From an uncultured Candidatus Binatia bacterium (GTDB lineage: Bacteria > Desulfobacterota > Binatia > UBA9968 > JAJDTQ01): a stretch of DNA of 64,000 nucleotides. Position numbers and translations under genes: made by a program. The notes beneath the pieces are model-generated. The model ran no database searches, had not been told where the DNA came from, and saw only the letters and a list, made by a program, of their open reading frames with translations. The DNA is taken from contig OZ219754.1 of assembly GCA_964291295.2 (NCBI GenBank), positions 1,216,001 to 1,280,000 of the forward strand, read 5' to 3'. Below, piece after piece: positions 10,382 to 19,648 of this stretch; position 1 is the stretch's first letter; each line of letters starts with the position of its first letter.

Positions 10382-11393
10382 CCGGGCGCGGCGCGCCTCC
10401 CTGCAGATAACCCTTCTCCCGGTAGTACCGTTCGGCGCCGGGGTGCAGCGGCAGGTCCAGCGGCCCGTTCGGGGTGTCGGTGCAGAACTGCGCCATGGGC
10501 GGTATCCCGGGCGTGTCGTACGGGATGTGCTCGCGCATCTGCTCGATGACGCTCACCACGTGGTAGGCCAGTTCGTCCGGCAGGCCGGCGTGGGTGACGA
10601 TGGGCCAGCCGCTGAAGTCCACGGCGGTCACCGGCTCCGGCAGCTTGCCGTCGAACAGCGGTCCGTCCAGGAGCGCGCGGGTGAAGCCGTAGCGGTCGAG
10701 CCGCGCCATGGCCCGGGGCGAGAAGTGCAGGAAGGCCATCTCCTGTTCCACCGCCGCTCCGGCCCAGGAGGGCAGACCCTCGTCGATGACGGCGTCCACC
10801 TCGCCGGAGGCGATGCCCTCCAGGCGCCGGGGGTTGCTCGGCCGCACCACCGGCTCCACCACGCCGCCCCACTCCTCGAAGGTCGCGAGGCTCATTCCGT
10901 GAGCCCGCAGCACAGCGTGGATGGCGAAGTCGACGCAGTCGTTGGCGGCCACCGAAACGCGCAACGCGGGCCGTTGCCGCTTGAGTTCATCCATGGACCG
11001 GATGCCGTGCCGGCGCGCCACCGCCACCACCAGGCGGTCGCTTGACGGGAACACCGCCAGCGCCCGCAGCGGCAGCGGCTTGCGGAAAGCGCCGCGTCCG
11101 TGAAAGGCCATGGAGGCGATGACCGAGGGGTTGAGCCAGCCGATGTCGATCTTGCCCCGCCCCACCAGGCGCGCCCCCTGGATGCCGCTGCACCAGGCCG
11201 GGCTGATGGCGATGTTGAAGGCGAAGGGAGGCCCCGCCGAGACCGCGGCGCCGGGCAGTTCCACCGACAGCCTGATGGCGCTGGTCATCAGGGTGGGTAC
11301 GGTGTCGTAGAGGCCCGAGAGGAGCCGGGTGCCGATGCGGGCCCGCAACAGGCTCGAGCTCATGGGTTTCACGCTGCGGTCGTCGTAGGTCAT
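10359..11393 (-). CDS. TAXI-type TRAP solute-binding-like protein
   Basis: LRALAVFP, GIRSMDEL, LPDELAY.V, PLHPGAERYYREKG C-terminus. Confidence 0.75.
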   Translation of the reverse strand: MTYDDRSVKPMSSSLLRARIGTRLLSGLYDTVPTLMTSAIRLSVELPGAAVSAGPPFAFNIAISPAWCSGIQGARLVGRGKIDIGWLNPSVIASMAFHGRGAFRKPLPLRALAVFPSSDRLVVAVARRHGIRSMDELKRQRPALRVSVAANDCVDFAIHAVLRAHGMSLATFEEWGGVVEPVVRPSNPRRLEGIASGEVDAVIDEGLPSWAGAAVEQEMAFLHFSPRAMARLDRYGFTRALLDGPLFDGKLPEPVTAVDFSGWPIVTHAGLPDELAYHVVSVIEQMREHIPYDTPGIPPMAQFCTDTPNGPLDLPLHPGAERYYREKGYLQGGAPRPATPSRSR

Positions 11394-11560
11394 GGTTGCG
11401 CTCTCCTTTCCGTACCCCCCTCTCCCCCGGGCCGGGGCCGTCCGGCAAGGTTAGCCTATCCCGCATCGCTGTTGTATAGTGTGCCGTCTCCCGCGAACCG
11501 CCGTTCCGTTTGCCGCAGCCCTGCCCGGCCGGCGGCGAGACCCGCCGCAAGATACCCCGG

Positions 11561-12421
11561 ATGGCAACACTGACCGCCCTGGCAGCCGCTTTCTTCTTCG
11601 GTTCTGCCCACATTCTGGTGCGCTACGGCCTGCGCACCGGCTCGCCCACCACCGCCATCACCTTCAACATCGTGACCATGGGCGCCGTGCTGCTGGCGGT
11701 CATGGGGCCGTTGGCGGACTGGCGGCAGGCGTTGCTGCCGGCTGTGGGTTGGTTCATGCTGGCCGGAGCGGTGGCGCCCCTGACCACCCAGTTCCTGTTC
11801 TACGCGGCCATTTCCCGGGTGGGCGTCGCCCGGGCTTCGCCGCTCCGGAACACCTCGCCCCTGTTCGCCGGCCTGTTGGCCGTCACGTGGCTGGGAGAGC
11901 AATGGACGCTGACGCTTGCCAGCGGTACCCTGCTGATCATCCTGGGCGCGACCGTGCTGGGAATGCGCGATGCCAAGGCCCTCACGGCCTTTCGCAAGCG
12001 CGACCTGCTGTTCGCTCTGGGCGCCGCGGTCCTCGGAGGCGCCGCCAGCCCCATTCGCAAGTTCGGCTATTCGATGTTGACGTCGGTGCCGCTGGCCATC
12101 TGCCTGACGCTGATGGGGAGCCTCGGCGGCCTTCTCCTCTACCTGGCGGCGGGGCGCGGCCGCCGCGACGTCAGGGTCAATCGGGGCACGCTGCTCTGGT
12201 TCGGCCTCTCCGGCGTGGTCACGAGCTGCGGCATCACTTCCTACATGGTGGCGCTGAGCCTCGGCGACGTGGTGCTGGTGGATCCCCTGATCGCCACCAC
12301 GCCGCTGTTCTCGGTGACCTTCACCCACCTCCTGCTGAAGGAGCAGGAACGGGTCACGTCCAAGGCGGTCCTCGGCGCGCTGCTGGTATGCGCCGGCGGC
12401 GTGGTGCTGGCCGCCTTCTGA
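11561..12421 (+). CDS. EamA/DMT family transporter
   Basis: About 10 hydrophobic segments in two EamA repeats (GVARASPL..TSPLF; V.PL..TTPLF). Confidence 0.88.
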   Translation: MATLTALAAAFFFGSAHILVRYGLRTGSPTTAITFNIVTMGAVLLAVMGPLADWRQALLPAVGWFMLAGAVAPLTTQFLFYAAISRVGVARASPLRNTSPLFAGLLAVTWLGEQWTLTLASGTLLIILGATVLGMRDAKALTAFRKRDLLFALGAAVLGGAASPIRKFGYSMLTSVPLAICLTLMGSLGGLLLYLAAGRGRRDVRVNRGTLLWFGLSGVVTSCGITSYMVALSLGDVVLVDPLIATTPLFSVTFTHLLLKEQERVTSKAVLGALLVCAGGVVLAAF

Positions 12422-12451
12422 ACACTGCCTGCCCGGTCCTGAGGGCGTTGG

Positions 12452-12480
12452 TTGACACGGCCCGGAGCGGCGGTTAAGCC
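12452..12480 (+). promoter_or_regulatory. Putative sigma70 promoter upstream of the NUDIX gene
   Basis: TTGACA-17 nt-TAAGCC; the -10 is weak. Confidence 0.4.
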
Positions 12481-12489
12481 GCATGTCTC

Positions 12490-13053
12490 ATGGACCCCGG
12501 TGATGAGATCGTGACCATCGTGGACCAGGGCAACAATGTCGTCGGCGCCGCCACCCGGCGGGAGATGCGGGCGAGACGACTGCCGCATCGCAGCACCTAC
12601 ATCCTGGTGTTCAACTCCCGGGGCGAAGTTCATGTCCAGAAACGGACGCGGACCAAGGATGTGTACCCGGGATACTACGATCCAGCGGCCGGCGGCGTCG
12701 TGCTGGCCGGCGAGAGCTGCCTTGCGGGAGCGTTGCGCGAGCTTGAGGAGGAGATGGGCATCCGCGGCGTTCCGCTCGAGAGCCTGTTCGAGTTCTATCA
12801 TGCCGACGCCGGCAGCCGGGTCTGGGGCGCGGCCTACCGGTGCCTTCACGACGGCGTCGTGACGCTGCAGGAAGAGGAAGTGGAGAGCGGCGCCTTCATG
12901 GCGGTCGACGAAGTGTTCCAGGCCGCGGCCACCAAGCCGTTCACTCCCGACGGGCTGTACGTGCTGCGGCGTCATGTGGCATCCACGGGGATGCATTGGA
13001 AAGGGCCGGCGGCTGGTGACGGAACCCATCGTTCAGATCGCCGGCGTCCTTGA
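12490..13053 (+). CDS. NUDIX hydrolase (YfcD-like)
   Basis: HRSTYILVFN, QKRTRTKD.YPG, GG..AGES...ALRELEEEMGI, FTPDGL. Confidence 0.9.
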   Translation: MDPGDEIVTIVDQGNNVVGAATRREMRARRLPHRSTYILVFNSRGEVHVQKRTRTKDVYPGYYDPAAGGVVLAGESCLAGALRELEEEMGIRGVPLESLFEFYHADAGSRVWGAAYRCLHDGVVTLQEEEVESGAFMAVDEVFQAAATKPFTPDGLYVLRRHVASTGMHWKGPAAGDGTHRSDRRRP

Positions 13054-13705
13054 CGAAGCCGAGGCGCGGATGCTGGCGGAGAGCGGCGCCCACCGGCTCG
13101 GCTTTCCCCTGGGCCTGGACGTGCACCGTCAGGAGCTTGCGGAAGAGGATGCGGCGCTCCTCATCCGGCGCCTGGGCCTGGGTCCGCGCGCCTGGCTGAT
13201 CACCTACCTTGACGAGCCGCGCGCCATCGCGGCGCTGTGCGGCCGGTTGGGTTGCGCCGGCGTGCAACTGCATGGCCCCATGGAGGAGGCCCGGGTGGCG
13301 GCGCTCCGGCGGTTGCGCCCCGGCCTCCAGGTGGTCAAGAGCCTCGTCGTGCGGGACGACAATCTGGCGGAGCTCGAAGCCCGGGCGGCGGCGCTGGCGC
13401 CGCAGGTGGACGGTTTCATCACCGATACCTTCGACCCCGCCAGCGGAGCGTCCGGGGCCACCGGCAAGACCCATGACTGGGCCGTCAGCCGCCGGCTGGT
13501 GGAACGGAGCCCGCGGCCGGTCATGCTGGCCGGAGGACTGACGCCGGAGAATGTCGGCCGAGCCATAAAGGCGGCAAGACCCGCAGGCGTGGACGTGCAC
13601 ACCGGCGTCGAGGATGCCGGCGGCCGCAAGGACCCGGCCAAGGTCCGGGCCTTCGTGGCCCATGCGGGGCAGGCGTTCGCCGCGCTCGCCGGGCGGTCCG
13701 GCTGA
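13016..13705 (+). CDS. trpF: Phosphoribosylanthranilate isomerase-like TIM barrel (TrpF family)
   Basis: VQIAGV, VQLHG, GATGKTHDW, LAGGLTPENV..AI, GVDVHTGVE..G.KD..KV. Confidence 0.8.
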   Translation: MTEPIVQIAGVLDEAEARMLAESGAHRLGFPLGLDVHRQELAEEDAALLIRRLGLGPRAWLITYLDEPRAIAALCGRLGCAGVQLHGPMEEARVAALRRLRPGLQVVKSLVVRDDNLAELEARAAALAPQVDGFITDTFDPASGASGATGKTHDWAVSRRLVERSPRPVMLAGGLTPENVGRAIKAARPAGVDVHTGVEDAGGRKDPAKVRAFVAHAGQAFAALAGRSG

Positions 13706-13798
13706 AACGCGGCGGTGCACGGGAGAGTTGCCGGAATGCAGCCGGCCGGTTGCCGGGACGGGGCACCGGCAAGTCCGGGGAAGGGAACGCGAGGCAAT

Positions 13799-14773
13799 AT
13801 GAAACTGGGACTCAGTCCGTTGCAGGGGACGGTGCACTTCGAGGAGACCCTGCGGGAATGCGAGCGCGCGGAGGCGGCGGGGTTCGATTCGGTGTGGCTC
13901 GGCGAGCACCACAACAATCCGGTCCTCTATCCCGCACCGCTCCTGGGGCTGGCCGCCATCGCCGCCCGCACCCGCCGGGTGTCGCTGGGAACCGGTGTGC
14001 TGCTGTTGCCCTTGTATCATCCCATGAGCGTGGCCGAGGAGGGCGCCATGGTGGACATGATCTCGGGGGGGCGGCTCATCATGGGGGTGGGTGCCGGATA
14101 CGCGCCGGAGGAGTTCGCCGCCTTCGGCCTGTCGGTGAAACAGCGCGGCAGCCGGCTTGATGAAGGGGCGGCCCTGCTCCGGCGGTTATGGACCGAAATC
14201 CACGTCACGCATCAGGGCCGCCACTACCACGTGCGGGACGCCACGGTGGGACCGCGGCCGGTGCAGCAACCGGCGCCGCCCATCTGGTTCGGCGCCTGGA
14301 CCGCCCCGGCCATCGAGCGCGCGGCGCGGTTGGGCGACGCCTGGCTGGGGGGGCCGTCGGCGAAGCTGTCGGAGCTGTCGTCGTGCGTGGCCTCCTATCG
14401 GCGGGCGCGCGCGGTGCTGGGCAAGGACGCGGGCACCATCGCGGCGTTCCGCTACGTCTTCGTTGCCCGGACCACGCAGGAGGCCCTGGACTCCGCAGGG
14501 GAGTCCTTTATCCGGGCTTACGAAAACATGTACTTCCGCTGGCCGCACCCGGTCATCAAGCGGCCGTCCGGAGAACTCACCATCGAGCGGTTGGCCGAGG
14601 ACCGCATCATCCTGGGTGACTCGGAGACCTGCATCCGGGAGATCTCGCGTTTCCGGGAGGAACTCGGGCTCGAACACCTCATCTGCCGCTTTTCGGTTCC
14701 CGGCATTTCCCGCGAGGCCTCCATGGCCTCCCTCGAACAGTTCGCGCGGGAAGTCATGCCGGCCCTGCGGTAA
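13799..14773 (+). CDS. LLM-class flavin-dependent oxidoreductase
   Basis: GFDSVWLGEHH, LGTGVLLLPLYHP, SGGRL..GVGAGY, PPIWFG. Confidence 0.92.
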   Translation: MKLGLSPLQGTVHFEETLRECERAEAAGFDSVWLGEHHNNPVLYPAPLLGLAAIAARTRRVSLGTGVLLLPLYHPMSVAEEGAMVDMISGGRLIMGVGAGYAPEEFAAFGLSVKQRGSRLDEGAALLRRLWTEIHVTHQGRHYHVRDATVGPRPVQQPAPPIWFGAWTAPAIERAARLGDAWLGGPSAKLSELSSCVASYRRARAVLGKDAGTIAAFRYVFVARTTQEALDSAGESFIRAYENMYFRWPHPVIKRPSGELTIERLAEDRIILGDSETCIREISRFREELGLEHLICRFSVPGISREASMASLEQFAREVMPALR

Positions 14774-14894
14774 CCGTCGTGCGAAGGGATGCGGGAGGAA
14801 GGGTCTCGGGAGCGGTCTGCGGGAACGTCGCGCCGGCATTGCCAGCGGCATTCGCATCGATATTCTCGGCGAACCGGGCCGGGCAGGCCGGAAT

Positions 14895-17800
14895 CTACTT
14901 CTTCAGGCGCAGGTCGGCGCTGATTCCCTCCAGCAGCGCGTTGAGCGAAGACACCGATTCGGACGGCACCTTGGTGTCGCCGTCTCCCAGCATGATGTGA
15001 AGGTGGAACCGCAAGGGGACGCCGGCCGTGGCCGTAATCACGTCCGGCAGCGCTTCGACCAGGTCCTGCAGTTGGTTCGGTTCCAGGTCGGCGGCGCCGG
15101 CGAATGCGCCCTGCGGGACTGAAGGGTAATCGACTTCCGGGTCCGCAACACCGGGCGGTGGCGGTGCTGCCTCGGGTTCCCGCAGCGTCACGGCGGCCGC
15201 TCCGGCGAAATCGCACGGCCACCTGCCACTGTCCGGCGCCAGCGCCAGCCAGCGGGCGGCGAGCGCATCGGTGATGGCTTGGCGCAGGATCGGCCACGGC
15301 AGCGGAGCACCCAGTTGCACGGAGAGCGCGGCGGACAAGGCGAGTGCGCTGGTCGTCCCGTCCTTCCATGCCTCCGGCACTGAGTCCCTGGTCAGCCGCT
15401 CCACTCCCAAGGGCGGCACCGGCGAACGCAGCACCGCGGCATCCGTCAGCACGCCCGGCGGCAGCGCCTCACCCTGGACGCTTGCAGGGCCATGCACCAG
15501 CCACAGGATGCCTTGGCCGACAGCACCGGAAACGGCCGCTTCGACCGCGGCGCGCGGGCAGGCCGGTATGGCCACCGGCTCCTCGTAGCCCTCGCGTGGC
15601 ACGGTTACGGTGTGCCCTTCCGCGAAATAGGCGACGACATCGGCCACCGCCACCGACTCGCCGGCCCACAGTTCCGGCAGCATGCCCGGTGTCAGCGCTT
15701 CAGGGTCGAGTTCCGAAAGCCGCGTCCGGTCGGGCAGGAACAACTCAAGGGCGGGTTCCGCGCGGACGGTTTCGTCGATGGGCGTTCGCCACCAGCTCCT
15801 GACCGACCGGTCGGGCCGGACGAGGGATGCGACGAAGAGGCCGTCGCGCACGCCTCTGTCGATGGTGTCGAAGATCTCCTTGTGCCGGAGCATCTTCGGC
15901 AGCTTCGGATTCTCGGCGAACGCGCCCACCAGGTCCTTCACGCGACGCGACGGTTCGTCCGTGCGCCAGAGATCATAGGGTCCGCCCGGCAGCATCGCTT
16001 CGGCGCTGATGGCGGTGTCCTGGATACGGGTGCGCCGGTCCGCCTTCACGGTGGGGAACAGCGGCTCGGTGCCGACGGTCGCCTTGAACGCCTGGACCTC
16101 GTTGCTGTCATTGACGGTGACGACGATCGTCCACGCCTGGCGAATGGCATCGGGGATGCGCGTGCGTGCCTGCTTCGTCCAGTCGGCGAGCATCCCTTCG
16201 CGCACGGGCTCCTGCGTCCGGCCTTCGAGTTGGCGGCGCACCTCCTCCCAGCCCAGATACTCGCGAATGCGTTGGCGGGCGGCATCCAGGCCGTCGCGCG
16301 AGGGGGTCACCGCCACGATGGCGTTGCGGCGCGTGCGGGGACGGTCCGGTGCGGTGGTCTCGTCGATGAAGCGCCGCGCCGCCGCACTCGGCTTGCCCGA
16401 ATCGGAAACGGCTCCCGGCCCCAGGACGGCAAAATGGAATTCGCCGTCGTCCTGAATGTCGCGCGGCCGCTCCGGCAGCGTGTGCACGCGGGCGCCCGCC
16501 GCGGACGCGCCCTGGGTGAGGCTCTTCGTCCGCCGTACTTCGGCCAGGAGCGTCTCCTCGATGGACTCCGCCGGGACCCGGTTGGTACAGGCGTCGTGGT
16601 GCATCTGCCGGAGGTTGGGCCGGTTGCCGAGCCGCCACGCCCTGGGCAGCGCGCCGTCCGCCTTCGCGGTGCCGTCGAACTCCGCCTCGTCAAGGAACCA
16701 GGACATGTCCGTCCAGCGGCGCAGGCCCTTCTTGAGCTCGATGTGGTCCGGGCGGGTGGCGCCAACGAGCCGCATCAGCTCCGGCGTGTACGCCTTCTGG
16801 CCGATGGGCTGGGAACTCAGGAACGCGGCGCATACGGCCTGCTCCAACTCGCGAAACTTCAGTGCCGGCTGTTCGTCCTGGATGGTTCGCGCCTTGGCGA
16901 GTTCGCCTTCGAGGACGGCGCTCCAGTCGTTGCCGGCGCCATCCGTCACCTCGCGCGTGGCGGTGCCGGCGAGTTCCCGCGCCGCCTCGGCAAGGGCGCC
17001 GTCGCCGGGTGCGGGCAGGAACACGCCGGGTCCCACCAGCGGCGCGGTGTCCCAGGTCTCGGCGTCGCGCAGCGCGATGGCGAAGGTCCTGAGAATGCCG
17101 CGGGTGCGCTGAAATCCGTCGAGTTGAGTCCACTTGGTATAGAAGATATCGGTCAGGTCCGGATGGAACGGCCAGCCTTCGAGGAACCGCTGTTCCGCGG
17201 CCGTCCTGTCCTTGCGCACGGTCTCGTCGACTCTGGCGATATTGGCCACCGCGGCGTGGGCGTGCGGACGAAAGGAGTCCGATTCGGCGATGGATTCCGG
17301 CTCGAAGAAGCGTCGGCGCAGCACCTCGGCCACGTCCCGTTTCTGCACCGGCTGGACACCCTCCTCCCGCTGCCGGTTGAAGATGTCGAAGATCTGCCGG
17401 GTCAGTTCCTTGCCGACCGGGTCGCTTTTCGCAGGGTCGGACGCGAGCAGCGAGGCGACCAGGGCGCAGCGGTCGACCCTGGCCACCGCCTGGCACAGAT
17501 ACTGGAAGAAATCGATCAGCCGGGCGCGCCCGTTCTCCGCCATCGCCGCCTTCTCGCGGGCGTACATCAGCACTTCGTCGATCAGCACCAGGGTCGCGAG
17601 CCCGCGCGCCTGCGGCAGCGACAGCACCTCGGCGAGCAGCGGCTCGGCCGGCGGCGTCTCGCGCTCGTCGTTGGCGCCGTCGGGATGGAGCGCGCGCAAG
17701 CCCGCCTCGCCCGCGATCTGAAACGCGAGCACGCTCCAGGGATGCTTGAGCCAGCGAAGCTCATCCGCCGGTCCGCGCACTTCCATGCCCTTCTCGACAT

Positions 17801-18221
17801 CAAGCTTGTCGAAGCAGAGCGCCGCGACGCGCGACGATGGCAGGGTCGCGCCGACATGGGAGCGAAACTGCTCGACCGCGGGCAGCGCCGGCAACGACGC
17901 CGGGTCGTGCAGGAGGTGGCGCAGCGTTATCAGCGCATGGGTCTTGCCCCCGCCGTAGGTGAGTTCAAGCTGGCGGATGGCCTTGGTGTTCCTGCCGGTG
18001 AGGCGGAGCGCCACGTCACGCACAAGTTCCCGCAAGGGCAAGGTCGGCCAGGTCAGCGCGAAGAACCGGCCCGGGTCCTCGTACACCGGCCGCGCACCTT
18101 TCCTCATCACCACGTCGTGAAGGTCGGCGGCGAAGTCGGCGAGCGAGAGCTCGCCCGTGCGTACGTCCTCGCGCAATTTCACGACCTCGTGCCAGGGTGT
18201 CCATGGAAGGGTCTGCGCCAT
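14895..18221 (-). CDS. DUF499 family AAA+ ATPase (restriction-like defence system component)
   Basis: FAADL, TYGGGKTH Walker A, LVLIDE Walker B, LRRRFFE, WPFHP, FQRTRG.LR; ATG 18221 after GGAGG. Confidence 0.9.
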   Translation of the reverse strand: MAQTLPWTPWHEVVKLREDVRTGELSLADFAADLHDVVMRKGARPVYEDPGRFFALTWPTLPLRELVRDVALRLTGRNTKAIRQLELTYGGGKTHALITLRHLLHDPASLPALPAVEQFRSHVGATLPSSRVAALCFDKLDVEKGMEVRGPADELRWLKHPWSVLAFQIAGEAGLRALHPDGANDERETPPAEPLLAEVLSLPQARGLATLVLIDEVLMYAREKAAMAENGRARLIDFFQYLCQAVARVDRCALVASLLASDPAKSDPVGKELTRQIFDIFNRQREEGVQPVQKRDVAEVLRRRFFEPESIAESDSFRPHAHAAVANIARVDETVRKDRTAAEQRFLEGWPFHPDLTDIFYTKWTQLDGFQRTRGILRTFAIALRDAETWDTAPLVGPGVFLPAPGDGALAEAARELAGTATREVTDGAGNDWSAVLEGELAKARTIQDEQPALKFRELEQAVCAAFLSSQPIGQKAYTPELMRLVGATRPDHIELKKGLRRWTDMSWFLDEAEFDGTAKADGALPRAWRLGNRPNLRQMHHDACTNRVPAESIEETLLAEVRRTKSLTQGASAAGARVHTLPERPRDIQDDGEFHFAVLGPGAVSDSGKPSAAARRFIDETTAPDRPRTRRNAIVAVTPSRDGLDAARQRIREYLGWEEVRRQLEGRTQEPVREGMLADWTKQARTRIPDAIRQAWTIVVTVNDSNEVQAFKATVGTEPLFPTVKADRRTRIQDTAISAEAMLPGGPYDLWRTDEPSRRVKDLVGAFAENPKLPKMLRHKEIFDTIDRGVRDGLFVASLVRPDRSVRSWWRTPIDETVRAEPALELFLPDRTRLSELDPEALTPGMLPELWAGESVAVADVVAYFAEGHTVTVPREGYEEPVAIPACPRAAVEAAVSGAVGQGILWLVHGPASVQGEALPPGVLTDAAVLRSPVPPLGVERLTRDSVPEAWKDGTTSALALSAALSVQLGAPLPWPILRQAITDALAARWLALAPDSGRWPCDFAGAAAVTLREPEAAPPPPGVADPEVDYPSVPQGAFAGAADLEPNQLQDLVEALPDVITATAGVPLRFHLHIMLGDGDTKVPSESVSSLNALLEGISADLRLKK

Positions 18222-18392
18222 GTCGTCCTCCCTATGCAGGTTCGGAGACCGTCCGGACACGCCCGGCGAGGCGGATTGCGCGGCAACGTCGCGCAGACCG
18301 GACAGATCCGGACAATGGCCGGTCGATGGAGAACCGTTCTGCTGCGACCGTCCGTGTTCCGGACGGAGGGCGTTCGCAATGGCCGCTTCGAT

Positions 18393-19646
18393 TCATTGCG
18401 AAACCTGCGTTCTGTTGTCGGGCGAACGATGCGCGCCGGGTCGGGTGAACAGACGTACGATGAACCGTTCGCCCTCTTCGACAAGGTCCGGATCCGTTCC
18501 GTTGTGTTCTCTCATGCCGCGCACGATCTTTCTCGGTACCCCCATCCCCATGTGCTCAAGATAGCCGTAGTCCCGCATCACATCCTTCAGGAGCGGATTG
18601 CGCGCGGCCCTCACCCCGGTGCGCATGCGCTCGGGCGTGACCCCGTTCGGAAGTTTTCCGGGCGAGACGATCTCCAGCCGGTCTCGATATACCGTCAGTT
18701 CGACATCGGTGTTGGCCAGAAGGTAGTCTCTGTGGATCAGGGCGTTGACCACAGTCTCGCGAACTGCCTCGTCAGGATATGTCGGCCGCTCGACCCGGCG
18801 CGCGCCACTCTCAAGGACTGCGGTCACGGAGGTGTTGCGCTTGACGAACTCCAGCGCCTGCTCTACAAGGCCGGTTTCCAGAATATCTCCACGCCCGCCC
18901 ATGAGCGGCACCATGGGGCCGCGCAAAGCCCTTCGCTCCCTGGCCGCGTAGTCCTTCTCCGAGCCAGGGAAGGCCGCGGCGTCGATGCCCGCCTGCGGCA
19001 GGAACCGGTTGGGTGCGCTCCCGAACAGCAGCATCCCCGAGAGGCTTGCGCCGTCCTCGACCATGAACTCCGTGTTGACCAGCAGGGTCCGCCCTCCGGC
19101 CTCGTCGCCATCGGCCGGGACATCCTGCTGGCGAACCCGCGCGAAGTAGTCTCCGAGCCGGCGACGGTCGAGGTCGTTGAGGGTGGATCCGGAGACCGGC
19201 CGCAGGTCGGCGCGGAACGCACCGCGCTGCTGCAAGAGCCGGGCGAGCTCCTGCGGCGTAGCCTCCCGGCTCTGCGTGCCGCCCCGGATGTAGTAGTCGT
19301 GCCGGTTGTGGTGCCACCGGCTGTGCAAATCCACGCCGCGGCGCACACGCACCACCGCCACGTCGGCACCGGGGCGCACGTCCCGGACCGTCTCGAAGTA
19401 TGGGATGATGCCCGGCCGGATCTTGTCCCTGCACGCAGTCATCACCCACGCCTCCAGTCGGTCCCGCGTCAACCCGACGACGGTTCCGTCGTCGTCCACG
19501 CCGAGCAGGACCATGCCGCCTTCGAGTTTCGAGAACGCGACGAGTTCCTTGGCGAGATCCTGAGTCTGCAAAACGTCGCGCTTGAACTCGACGCCGGAGC
19601 TTTCGCCGTTGGCGATGATCTCCAGAAGCTCGGTCCGTGTCGTCAT
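18393..19646 (-). CDS. AlbA_2 (Schlafen-like) + HATPase_c_4 (RecG C-terminal-like) protein
   Basis: GESSGVEFK, ELVAF...GG.VLLGVDDDG, RE.VVNALIHRDY, SPGKLP, RNP, GMGVP; no C-terminal HTH evident. Confidence 0.88.
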   Translation of the reverse strand: MTTRTELLEIIANGESSGVEFKRDVLQTQDLAKELVAFSKLEGGMVLLGVDDDGTVVGLTRDRLEAWVMTACRDKIRPGIIPYFETVRDVRPGADVAVVRVRRGVDLHSRWHHNRHDYYIRGGTQSREATPQELARLLQQRGAFRADLRPVSGSTLNDLDRRRLGDYFARVRQQDVPADGDEAGGRTLLVNTEFMVEDGASLSGMLLFGSAPNRFLPQAGIDAAAFPGSEKDYAARERRALRGPMVPLMGGRGDILETGLVEQALEFVKRNTSVTAVLESGARRVERPTYPDEAVRETVVNALIHRDYLLANTDVELTVYRDRLEIVSPGKLPNGVTPERMRTGVRAARNPLLKDVMRDYGYLEHMGMGVPRKIVRGMREHNGTDPDLVEEGERFIVRLFTRPGAHRSPDNRTQVSQ

Positions 19647-19648
19647 GG

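Noticed and set aside
14774-14894. att site or tRNA at the island boundary
   Set aside because: No tRNA fold and no direct repeat matching the other end was found by eye
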